Part shown: positions 46,197 through 58,200 of the stretch, in pieces
Numbering within the stretch: the stretch's first letter is position 1
Layout of the letters: each line of letters opens with the position of its first letter
DNA from: Antedon mediterranea
Taxonomy: Eukaryota; Animalia; Echinodermata
Direction: 5' to 3'
NCBI RefSeq assembly: GCF_964355755.1
Contig: NC_092670.1
Location: 32,166,388 to 32,230,387 of the forward strand
Length of the DNA stretch: 64,000 nt
Position numbers and translations under genes: made by a program
The notes under the pieces: model-generated
What the model saw: the letters and a program-made list of their open reading frames with translations, nothing else
Databases searched by the model: none
Told to the model about the DNA's origin: nothing

Positions 46197-47588
46197 ATGC
46201 TGTTTCAGCTTATCGGAATCACTTTGCTTATTATTGCTCAAAATGCTACTGCAGAAGAACAATTTGTAGAGTTTGATTCTTATTATTGGTTGAAATATCA
46301 ATCTAACCCCCGGCAGGCTGTAAACGTCATATCATCGAGTGAAACTTACAAAATAACTCAACAAGTATTAACGTTTACTAAGGATGATGAACAGACGGTA
46401 GACTACAAGGCTAATCTGACAGACACGTTAAAAACAGTAAACTGTAATTATTTTCTATCTTTCAATGAACAAGATGACGGAATATACACATGCCAAGATG
46501 ATGACAATCAACAATTTGCGATTCCTGCAGGTAACGTCATACAGGATTTGCCACCTGTATATTATGCTTGGAGAATTGCGTGTGAAGAATTAGTAAATAA
46601 CATCACAGAAGGTGAGGAAGTAGTAATCGCATGCAAGGTAAAGCGTATATCACCACTGAAAAATGACAATTATAAAATAACAATCGGATGGATCCAAGGA
46701 AGTAATAACATTACACAGTCGTATCATTTTAATACTGCAGTAAGATTCAAACAAACGTTAAAGGGATACCAATTGGGAAACGGCATATTCTTTTATTGTA
46801 TTTCAAAAGTAATCCAACTTCAAAAATATAACGAATTTATAAATCGGTGTTACACAGTGATTATAACGGTTTACCCTCGTCCATTATTTACCGACACCAC
46901 CAATAAAAAGCATGAACATACTGTTGGTGAATATTGCTTTAAATGCCAAGCTACAGGTGGATCTGGCCAGAAGAATTACTACTGGACTTTAAATGGTCGA
47001 CTTCTCTCAGAGACAGAGTACAATGGGGAAAAAGACAACGAAAAATGTTTTATAAATTTAATAGCTGATGATTACGTAATCGAGTGTCTGGTGAGTACGC
47101 AAGACAATTCTGATGAAATAGAGCCCATTGCAGACGATATAACGGAAACCTACAAAAATGAAGCTGATTGCAATATTGATGCAACAACTCTTCCCACAAG
47201 TAGGCCTACTACCACGACAACGGATCAACACCACAGTACAGATCATTACAAATCATCAGCTACAACAGTAGACCAATTCAAACAACCAGTAACACTCGTA
47301 CTAGCAGCATCAACAGTCTTTCTGTTGATAGTGGTTTTTGTTCTCATCTGTCTACTCAAGAAGAAGTCTGGTAAGACTCCTCAACCTTCAGGAAGTAATC
47401 AGAGAATTACCAATATGAACGTCTTCTACACTTCTAATGTTCCACAGACCAGAAATAGAGAAGATGCACACTATACGATTGATGATACAGTAGAGAATGC
47501 TGGGAATTATTATAAAACAAGCAAGAAAGAAGATGGCAACATTAATGGCGATGAAGTAGCACCACATTACTTTGTTTTGGAATCATAA
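46197..47588 (+). CDS. Receptor G: ectodomain class 2 + HYFVLES tail, 463 aa
   Basis: Ectodomain almost identical to E; Thr-rich stalk; TM VTLVLAASTVFLLIVVFVLICLL-KKK; tail homologous to C (MNVFYTS, EDAHYTIDDTV, APHYFVLES*). Confidence 0.88.
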   Translation: MLFQLIGITLLIIAQNATAEEQFVEFDSYYWLKYQSNPRQAVNVISSSETYKITQQVLTFTKDDEQTVDYKANLTDTLKTVNCNYFLSFNEQDDGIYTCQDDDNQQFAIPAGNVIQDLPPVYYAWRIACEELVNNITEGEEVVIACKVKRISPLKNDNYKITIGWIQGSNNITQSYHFNTAVRFKQTLKGYQLGNGIFFYCISKVIQLQKYNEFINRCYTVIITVYPRPLFTDTTNKKHEHTVGEYCFKCQATGGSGQKNYYWTLNGRLLSETEYNGEKDNEKCFINLIADDYVIECLVSTQDNSDEIEPIADDITETYKNEADCNIDATTLPTSRPTTTTTDQHHSTDHYKSSATTVDQFKQPVTLVLAASTVFLLIVVFVLICLLKKKSGKTPQPSGSNQRITNMNVFYTSNVPQTRNREDAHYTIDDTVENAGNYYKTSKKEDGNINGDEVAPHYFVLES

Positions 47589-49261
47589 TCAAAATTTAAT
47601 CAAACTATTCACTCCTCCATGTCTTTTAAAGGAAGTCCAATTGCCACCATTTCTTTGCCGTCCAATTTAGCAGACGATGACAAAAGGATATAAAATTATA
47701 AGGTACCGTAGGGACTACAGTTGTGGAAACACTATCGTGTTTTTCATGGGGATAACACAGTGCAAGGTGCCCGTTCCTACATGAAAAAAGGGACGAACTT
47801 AAATCGATGACGTTAGTTTCACAGCCTGAATGGAATCAACTAGAGCAAACAAACAAAAACGGCACTAGACCTAGCTACATTTAAATTAAACGCCTTTTGA
47901 CATTGAAAAATCTTTTTTAAAACTTGACCTATGACCAACGTACACGTTAACCAGCAATGGTTGTACGTCACGGATTAGATACAGCTTTCATACCCTAAAC
48001 TAGGCTACTAAGTTTCAGAGCTTTTAAATATATAATACGAACACTAGCATTAGAAACGAAAGCGAGGTGTCATGAGACCACTACAAGAATATACAAAAAA
48101 TACTCGATTGTCAGTGCAGTATCTCCTCCATAACGACAATTTGCACAGTTTACGAAAATTTGGTAAATCTCCTGTCATGTATAACACATGTGGTGCCTGT
48201 ATCATGTAAGGTTTGGTTACAGGTTACAGGTTACAGGGTTACAGGGTTAGGTTACGATGATATATTACCGAATATTCCTATGACACTAGAAATCTAGATA
48301 CAGCACGAAGAATCGGGTGAAAACAAAAATGTTGTCTAATCATTTTCAGTGAAACATAATACAATTTCCTTGTTATTAAAGGACTATTTTATTACCATTG
48401 TTTCCTTTCCATGATAATATAAATATTTTAATTGCAATAAAAAAAAATCTGTAAAAAAATTGAATTAGTTCCTGGAATACAAACTGTTTTCTTACTTCAT
48501 TATCATTAATAAATCGTAATTTAATAACTAAATAATTTCAATTAATAACTACTGTATATCAGATATTTGTGTGTAAAAGAATAATAACATTCTATATCTT
48601 CTTCCTCAAGTAATACTGATATTTACATAATAAATGCTGATTTTTTTATATTCTATATCTGCTTTATCAAGTAAATATGTAATAGTGAAAATAATACATG
48701 CTGATAATAATATCAAATCTGACTTTAAATTTAAATATTTAGGCCTATGCATTATACTGTGTGAACCTTTACCTACAATTCTTTCGGGTAGTGTACATAC
48801 TAATCCAACTATAACATATTTCACAGTATATATATTCAGTATATATATATTTATTTTATATAATACACCATGAGAAATGTAACATTCGTACATTGTACTT
48901 TTACAACAATCAATAAACAAAGTTTATAATAGAAATGTATTTAGTTTCATTTTCTGGTACATAGTCTAAGGCAATCTATTAACAGGACACTGAACTCGCC
49001 TTGCCAAGATAGGAACTTGTAAGAGTGCTTTGATCTTATGTCTGGCTGCAACAAATACCAGCAGTACTGTACTATGTGCACATTATCCGTGGCACCGTAT
49101 CTGTTAGGGAGCGTGGAACTCATTGTGTTGTAGCCACAGTTAAACCCTCCAGAGCTCAGCATCCTGTTGTATAGTGTAAAAGCAAAGTCAAGTATTATGT
49201 TTACATTCATCTGCAACCTAATATTATGTTTCAAATATCAATGGTGTTCATTATAAGTCTC

Positions 49262-52200
49262 TCAAGCCACTGTAAATGTAGTTTTTATGTTCATTGCTCC
49301 CAGTTCAGCAACAAGATACTGGAATACATAAGGAACTGCGATAATGTCGATATCTTTGTTTGATTGACAGCTACTACACACCCATTTTCGATTGGATATT
49401 GAATCTTCTCCTTTCGATCTTTCTAAGCTAACTCCCAACATTGATCCACATTTACCACAAACTCTCGCCTGTAAATTTAAAATATATAGCAATTATAAAA
49501 TATATATTTTTTTAATGGATATAGATATATACATATATCTTTAGTTTAAATAACATAATATAAAACTGACTCCAAATAAACGAGAGGCAAGCCATGATTC
49601 AACGAAGATGATAAAGCCGATTTTTCACTAGGCGAATTTGTTCGCGCGAATCCCACGTTTTTCGAAGGAAAAAAAATTGCCTACTCTTTTTCCACTAAAT
49701 GAGCGAATAGCTGCGACGTTATGTTCCTCGCGTGGTTGCTGAGCTTTTCGATTCTCATGAGTGCTCATGAAAGCATCATAGCTCATTTCCTGAGCTCTGA
49801 TTGGTTGCGCAATATTTCGCTTTGCAAAAAGTAGAAATAATTTGAATTAGAAATTTTCGCTGAAACAAAAAATCAAAGGAACTAGAATTCGTCGCAGAAG
49901 GGAGTATGACAGAAAAAAACTTGAATACGCATGCGCATAGCATGACGCTTTCAATTCGCGCGAACAAATTCGCCTAGTGGAAAATCGGCTTAATAGATTG
50001 AAATGTTGAATCATGGCTTGCCTCTCGTTATTTGGAGTCAATTTTATACTATCAGTCAGGGGAAAAATGACTGATAGGTCATCAGATAAAATATCAGATA
50101 ATCTATATAGTTTTAACAACTCTTGTAACATGACCACAGTGCTGATTATGCCATTTTTCCTCCAACTGCTTTGTTATTTAAACATAATCAGTGCATCTAT
50201 CTTGAGTTATCTGTATCTCTAACAATATGGGTCAAAATATTAAATAGCAGGCCTCTGGCATAGTTGTCAAGTACTTCACTTCACAATTTGTTGCCATATG
50301 TTTTAGTCAAAACAGATAAACTAATAAGCCGCCAATGTCGTAAACTAGGCTTCACACGCTTAACAAGTTCATTGAACGTGTGTAGTTAGAATTTTACCAG
50401 GAACTGTTGGAAAATATCAATGGTAAGAATATGAAAATGCTAAAATTAATAGCTGGTTTAAAATATTATGGATGTAATAAAATATATATTGAAAAAGGCA
50501 TGCTAAAATGAAATGTTTGAATTGAAGTTTGTTATTATAACACGTGAAAGTGAAATATGTCATACCGCCAACAATGTTGAAATATTCAATGGAAACTAAA
50601 TGATTGCTTGTTTTTACTTTTGACCTCAGATTACTTTCAGGAAAAAAAAAAAAATTTATGGGCAAACTGAAGACTTACAATGCTTTTATCTGAACAACTA
50701 AGAAGACGATCTTGAAGTAGGAAAGATGTCCCATGAGCTAATAATGAATCACGTTCCATTTCACCAAATCGAATACCGCCGCCACGTTTACGCCCTTTGA
50801 CTGGTTGATGTGTGACAGTATCAATAGGTCCAGTTGAACGAACCTTGAAAAGTAGAAACAATGGCATAGTCACGCAATCATAACTAAATGACTAACTAAC
50901 AAAAACTAGTGACTTTCTGTTTGTTTTGTACTTTATGACACCTTTTTCCCAAATTTATTTATAATCGTTTCATGTAGTGTACAGTATACGCCAATCCAAC
51001 TACTGTATAACATCACGTGGCGTGGTCATTGCTTGCAATTATAACTAAATGAGTTAAACAAAAACATACTTTCTGTTTTGTACTTTTTGTTTGCAAGTTC
51101 AGTTCAACAACCTGGAATGCCTGTTTTGTTTGAAGGTTTTTAGTTAATGTCTTCTACAAAAATGTTATTTTTTGTGTTACAATGTCGCCCTCGTAAGCAT
51201 ATGGGGGACACACCAAATCATAAACAAACAAACAATTAAAATGAAATCTTAACACAATTGAGATAGATATAATGTAAGTAAAATAATGTTAAAGTAAAAT
51301 TGTACATATCGTACCTGGAATTTATCTGATACCATATGCCTAAGTCGTTGATAATATACAATGCCTATAAAGATATCAGCTTCAAGTTCTACCCCACTTG
51401 CTCCACTGTACATGCGTTCAGTCCCATAGTAATTGTAGCCAGCTGAGGAATACAAAGAAAATGTTATAATATATCCTTACTTTTGATTACCAAAATTCTA
51501 GCCAGAATCGGCCTAAGCCTAACTTGCCTAGGCCTAACTTGCCAAGACCTAACTTGCCTAGGCCTAACTTGCCTAGACCTAACTTGCCTAGACCTAACTT
51601 GCCTAGACCTAACTTGCCTAGGCCTAATTTGCCTAGACCTAACTTGCCTAGACCTAACTTGCCAAGGCCCTAGCACAATAGGCATAGCAAGTATGTAGTA
51701 GTAATGTGTTGTAGGTACAGATTACATGTAAACCATACTACCTGCGGTTAGCATCCTGCCAAAATAATCAATAGCAGGGGTGTCCTCTGAGAAGGTGAAG
51801 GGGGTGGCATCGTGGCACATGCCATGGAGACATCCAGACTTGCCTGCCATACTCTCAATCATCATCCCTAAAATAGAAGTTATAAGTAATCTACTATTTT
51901 ATTTATTTTTTTCATTTCAGAAATGAACTTGAAAATTAAGGGATAAAACTGATAACATAAAAATACATATTTCCTTCATTTTGGAGGAACTTGAATTGCT
52001 TTATGGCTAACTGTGAGAAATGTCATAAATATCTATATGGCAACCTCTACTCTTTGAGGGTAGTAGTAGTACCATTATATATGCCATAGAAATGAAAATG
52101 TTGCAGCACCTTCTATTTCCTTACATCTTCAAATCCTATCAACCAGTACTTATTACCTATTGTCATACGGGAGGGAAATCCATGCGGATTGAAGATAATA

Positions 52201-55200
52201 TCAGGCGTCATCCCACTTTCTGTGAAAGGCATATTTTCTTGAGGCCATTTCTGGCTACAAACTCCTTTCTGTCCATGTCGACTTGAAAACTTATCACCTA
52301 TAATTGGATTTCTCTGAAAAAAAAAAATTTCCACATAGCAAATTTTTCAAAAAAATATTTGAAAAGGGATAATCTTTACGTTGGTTTCATATTAATCAAA
52401 ATATGATTATTAGTTGATATGACCTTTTCCCCATCTTTATGACCCCTGACACAACTTACCTCTATTCTTAATGTAAGGAATGCCCTTTGACATTCTAAGT
52501 TTCCTAAATCATTTCCTGACTTTTTGACCTTCTCCACCATGACTGTTTCCATCCCTTTGTATCGTTCAACACGATACATTCCAGTTTCAAGATCTCGATA
52601 ACTGTAAGTAGAAATGTATTGATGAAAAAACAATATTATACAAATAATGAATGATGAGTAGAATTTTTTCATGAGTTGAAAGATGAATTGGATGAGTACA
52701 GACTAGTCCTAGGCTCATAGAAAAAAGGCAGTCACAATTAGGCCATGGAGTAGAGCCATTTCACACTACAAGTTGGTTTTCGAATGCACATCAGTCACAA
52801 GCTTTGGTTTGGAGTTGTTGCTTGGTGTTATGATGCCTGGCTACCACTGGGTTCAAGTCCTGTCACATGTCAAGATTTTTTCTAAGGACAAAATTACAAC
52901 TCCACTCCCAAAGAATTGTAATAAGACTTTGTTTATGTAGAGCATCTATGTTTGCCTGTGAGGGTCCCTAATGATCAGCAATTGCTGGGTGGATCACTCT
53001 CATTAAACATGGTAAAAAAAAAAAGCTTCTTAACCCCTTATATAACCCCTGACCATGCAATTTATGGATTGATGGTGGATACAAATAATACATGACATGT
53101 GATACAAAATCAACCAACCAAACGGCAAGGATAAATAAAGTACCCAAACTGTATTTTCCTTACCTATACAATGGCTCTCCAGATTCTATTACTGCCCCCA
53201 CTGCTGGTAAGCCGTCTGGGTCAAGCTTACCAGATACACGATTATCCGTTTCATCAGTGCCTAGAAAGGCAGAAAAAAAAGTTAATTTCTTTGCTAGAAA
53301 AAGAAACTAAACCATAAAAAATGATAACAAAATAAAACTAAACGTACAAATCCATGCTTGTTTTCTTACCAAATATAAGTGAAATTCTATTGCTATTGTC
53401 TTGGCTCTTCTTTTTCAGATTTATTTCTTCTGTTTTATAAACCGTTGCATGTGCGAACCCACGTTCAAATGATCCTTTATTTAAAATCATAGCATCTTCC
53501 ATGTCATAACCCTAGAATGTAAAATCATAGGGTAAATAAGATGTTATTGTATGTAAAAAAATTGTTATGTCCATATTTATACTTAGATTGTAAAATATTA
53601 TATTTTATTCTTTTCATAATATTTGTATAATAATTTACAATGAAGAAATTAAGGTAAGTCAAAAATAGCCAACTACAATAACTTTTAGTTTTACTGTAAT
53701 ATTGAGTTTAGTTTGTTTCAATGTCAATTCAATTCAATTCACATTTATTCAGAATACAACTATTTACATTACAGGGATTTTACAAAGACAAGTAATTGTC
53801 TGTAGTCGTAAGACCCTTTAGAAAAAAAACCCAAATATTATCACAAAGAAAAAAAAACATGAAAAAAAAGGTTTTAAAGGTACAAGGTGAAAAAATGAAT
53901 AAATTAGCAAAAGTATAAATACACATAATATAAAACGAACTAATGTATTGAAGTACTGTACTGTTTTAGAATAATGTTTATATATTGCTGATAGCTGTAA
54001 CTGGAGATGATGCAATGTTTAAATTTTTTATCACACAAATGCAGAGGTCTCATCTTGGATAATTGATACATTGGCAGATACCCACAGCATTGTCATTTTG
54101 TCAGTAATTTGCCTTTGGATTTATATATATTTTCTACTGTTTGTATCAATTTTGATCTGATTTTGCTGTAATCCTGGAGGGTACTTTGGATAACTTTACC
54201 AAATTATACTATGACGTTATCCAAATTCCTTCACTTGCACTGATGAAGGGCTAGTGTTGCCCAAAAGCTCTGCTAACTTTTCTGGCTGTTTTACTTTATC
54301 GTTTTGATTTAGCTTTTCGCTTTCTTTGTATCTCCATTGAGATCCGGCCACTGATATATATATACTATAGTTGTTTGCAACCCCAGTATTTGTTTTAATT
54401 GGTTAACCAAATATGACCTAGAATTAAAAGGTAAATTTATTATTGGGACTTTTTTTTTGTATAACAACATTCTTGGGAGAAATTGAATTCTTCCAATGTT
54501 TGATTGTGAATTAATGTGTTTTCTTCTACAATTTACATTCAGGAAATAAACTGTTATGATAAATAAACTCAATTTAATAATATACATTTGTTTTTATTGA
54601 AGATGCAGAGCTGATGTGCTGGTTACTTCTTTAAAGTGTGGTTACCAAAGCATTATCAATTGCAATAACAAGGAAATTGATAATGAATTTGAAAACCATA
54701 TAACAATGAACTTTTTAAAATACTTGGAATTAATACCTAGTAATAATTACTATATTATACTAGTTACAATCTAACAATCTAATAATATCTACATAGTTTT
54801 ATGCAAAAACAATCAAGAATATGAGAAAAATGTATAAAAAATGTTCTTCGGTTTTGCTATATCGTTTTCACATTATCATACTTAAATATTCTGTGGGAAC
54901 GTTTGGTTTTACCAAAATTATTTCACCACCAACATGTATACCCATTTATGAATTACACTATAATAATGTATTTTCATTTTTTTTTTATTTCTTCCTTAAT
55001 GCAATACTTTTTATATTTTATTTATTTACTGTTAATTTGTTGAAAAAAGATTATTTGTGTTGTTATTAATCAAATATAATATGAAGCAGTTACGTTTCAT
55101 TCAACACTGGCGACATTAATATTGAGTATAGTTTTTCCACTGAGTAAAAGCTTGTGTTAGAGGGCGCAATCATGAAATAAAGCAAATTACAAACCAATAA

Positions 55201-58200
55201 TATTGGATAGAGGGCACTATATATCAAAAATGTTCAATAACTATATAACATAATAATAAAGTGATTAACAAAGGTGACTTACAGTGTATGATATAACTGC
55301 AACGATGGCATTGGTTCCAAGAGGGTATTTATCAAACTCATAGTCTAAATAGACAGCTGGGCGAACAAGGGGGCTTTGAGGTGTCTGTAACTTGTACATC
55401 TTGTGGTCACTCCGATAAGGGATTAAGTAAGATGGAAATCCCATCGTTTGTTTACCCATCTGAAAGTAGAGCAAAGCATTAAAAAATCATATATATATAA
55501 CAATGGCCAACTGATCATAACAATAAATGTTTTTAACACTACCTGTATGTGTTTTTTTTTCTTTTCAACACTTTTATTTTTTTCCTTTCCATAAACAAAA
55601 AACAACCTCCTGCACAACCCAGTTTTTATTGTTATTTCCATTTCTGTGATTCATATATATAAATTGTTTGCTTTTGTCTGTTTGTTTTGCCATCCCTGAC
55701 ACAAGCATTTGCTTTCTTGGTGATGCCACCCTTATTTGGAAATAATTATTTTTATTGATTGATAACAAAAACAAAGATTAACCAATACTGTATGTGATGA
55801 TAATGTAAACAATCTATTACATGGCAACAGAATGCCTACCAGCTCTTGTATCCCTCAAGTGGCCTCACAGGTTTTAATTTCCAAATAGCACCCAGATATG
55901 TAAACCAAAATATATTGGGATAACAGCAGAAAACAAGCTATCTACATCTGTGGGACCCAACAAATATTATACTATACTATACCTGACACTGGTACATGTT
56001 CCTTGGACTCTGGTTGAAATCAGAAAATGGAGTTAAACTTGCTACTGCACTTAAAATACTAGTTGCACTTTCTTCCATGTGAGTGGTTATCTACAAAATA
56101 TTATATATATAAAACGATTAAAATTTAAAAACGTCAATATAAAACACATAAAGCGGCCTTTTTAGTTGCACCCTTTCATGTAAATGACTACAAAAATATA
56201 ATATAAGGAATTTATGGCTTGGATTGGAACGGAATAGTACATGGGTTGTGACCCATTGTAAATTAGAATTAGTGTAGTGTAAATTTAGGCCCCTCGCACT
56301 CACTTAGAGGTACCTTACCACACATTAGATCATACATTTTGAAGTATCTTTCATAAAATCGATACTTACACCTGGATGTGCTTCGCTGGGCGTGACAGCA
56401 ATATCCATGTACACTTGTTCAAAAGTTCCAATCAGTTCTTGTTTGCCCCCAGCTAAATTAACAACAGGCCTCATCATCCGAGCAGGGGTAGTGAAGAGAA
56501 ACAGACCAGGGTACTGGGACGCTTTGGATGTTTTCAACACAAGTGCAATTTCCATTGAAGAAGGGACCTAAAAAGAAGTATGAATTCACCAAAAAAATTT
56601 TAAATATTTCTGTTTATCACTGGGTGGTTTAGAGTTTTTCTTAGCTTCTTTCCAGATTCCAATCACTTCCTGTGAAAATCTGCACAACTGAAAAACATAT
56701 TCAAACAGTGTACAAAAACTTTTGCAAAACAAAACCTCTTTCATAGCGAGACAGATGTTGGAAGCAATCATCGATGTCCTCGATGCTAAGCCAATGATGA
56801 TGAATTTGTATAACCCCTCCTTTGGGACAACCTTATTTAGGGAACACTCCTATTAAGGGGACACCTTTCTGTGAAATAACCAAGGGAAAATATATGTATT
56901 AAAACTACAGCCAAACCCTATTCAGGAGACACCCTAATATGCGATACAATTGTGGGTACCGAAGGTATCCCTTTAATAGGGTTCTATTATAAATTAGACT
57001 TACATTTTTCAAACCATTGACTTTCATCATTCTTAATTTGTTAGCAATATTTTTAGCATCCTCTTCATAGATGATTCCAAGAACTCGTCCATCAAGCACC
57101 ACAATAAGACAATTGCTAGTCTCCACCCCTGACAGGCTATCGTAAGGAATCATTCCCAAACTGCACAGTAAGCGAGGTAGAGAAGCTGTTATTGGCTGTT
57201 CATTCACAACCTAACGGATAATGTGATAATGTCATTGGTTAATGTTTATTCATTCATTCTTTAATCCGTAATCAAATGTGCATAAACAAATACAAAGCTC
57301 TTAACTAATACACTATACATAAAACAATACAATAAAAATACAAAAGCCCATGGACCACAAACTGGACATTAAATTAAATCTCTCGGAGTAAAAATACCCA
57401 GTTTGCATCCATTGATGAGCCGTAAAAGGCCTTTCTCATAATGCACATAACCAGGATATTGTTAGAGTGGTTGACTCTTAGTGAGAAACCATAAATAGAT
57501 TTTCTGATGTTTTCTATGAAAGATAACAAACTTGGCTGATGCACCCCCAACAAAAACAGATTAGTGACTCATAGAATTACTCTACTTTTCTTTCTAAAAA
57601 AATATGAAACCTATTTCAAAGAACCTATGAACAATAAGTCATTTTTATTCATTGTACGCATGCAGGGACAGTGGAATGTGCTTCTTAGTAGTGGCGTATT
57701 CAAGGTTCAGGCTTTGACAAAATGATAATATGTGTAGGTAAAGTACTAAGTTATCCAAAATCAACAGCTGCCCAATTACAAATTAAAAACTATACTCTTT
57801 AATGGGTTTAGTCAAGTTCTTGCATCCGGCTGTACCAAAGGACGTGGAATGTGGCTTTTAAATAGTAAATGTGAACGTATTTCTCTGTTGGTAAGTTTTA
57901 AAAATTTGGATGTCCAGAATACTTACAACACAGTTGGCTGCCAAATGGTTCATCAGGCCACATGGCGCTCCATCAGGAGTGTGAACAGGACACAGGAACC
58001 CTTTAAAGCAATTGTTAAGAATGTTATCATGTTTAGCAGTAGTAAGGCCACAGACGAGTGACAACATTAAGCGTAAAACCACGTCGCTTGTTCCACGTAG
58101 AATCTGTACCTATCCTGAGTGGAAACCGTACGTTCGCTCTGCATTGTGTGTAAATGATCATATTTTTATTGTTACCACTCGTCTGTGTAAATTGGCCTTA

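Larger units (their letters stand above)
41940..47158 (+). repeat. Segmental duplication, copy 2 (pairs with 33055-38259)
   Basis: Near-identical to copy 1. Identity ends after GAAACCTACAAAA in the E/G stalk. Confidence 0.92.

Noticed and set aside
48216-48255. Telomere-like GGTTA repeats
   Set aside because: Short degenerate (GGTTACA)n microsatellite, not a (TTAGGG)n tract.
48606-49234. Short ORFs between receptor G and POLR1B
   Set aside because: AT-rich with no recognisable motifs; probably POLR1B 3' UTR or intergenic sequence.
51464-51698. Repetitive ORFs (QVRSR)n and (LDLTC)n on both strands
   Set aside because: Translations of an intronic 15-bp minisatellite.
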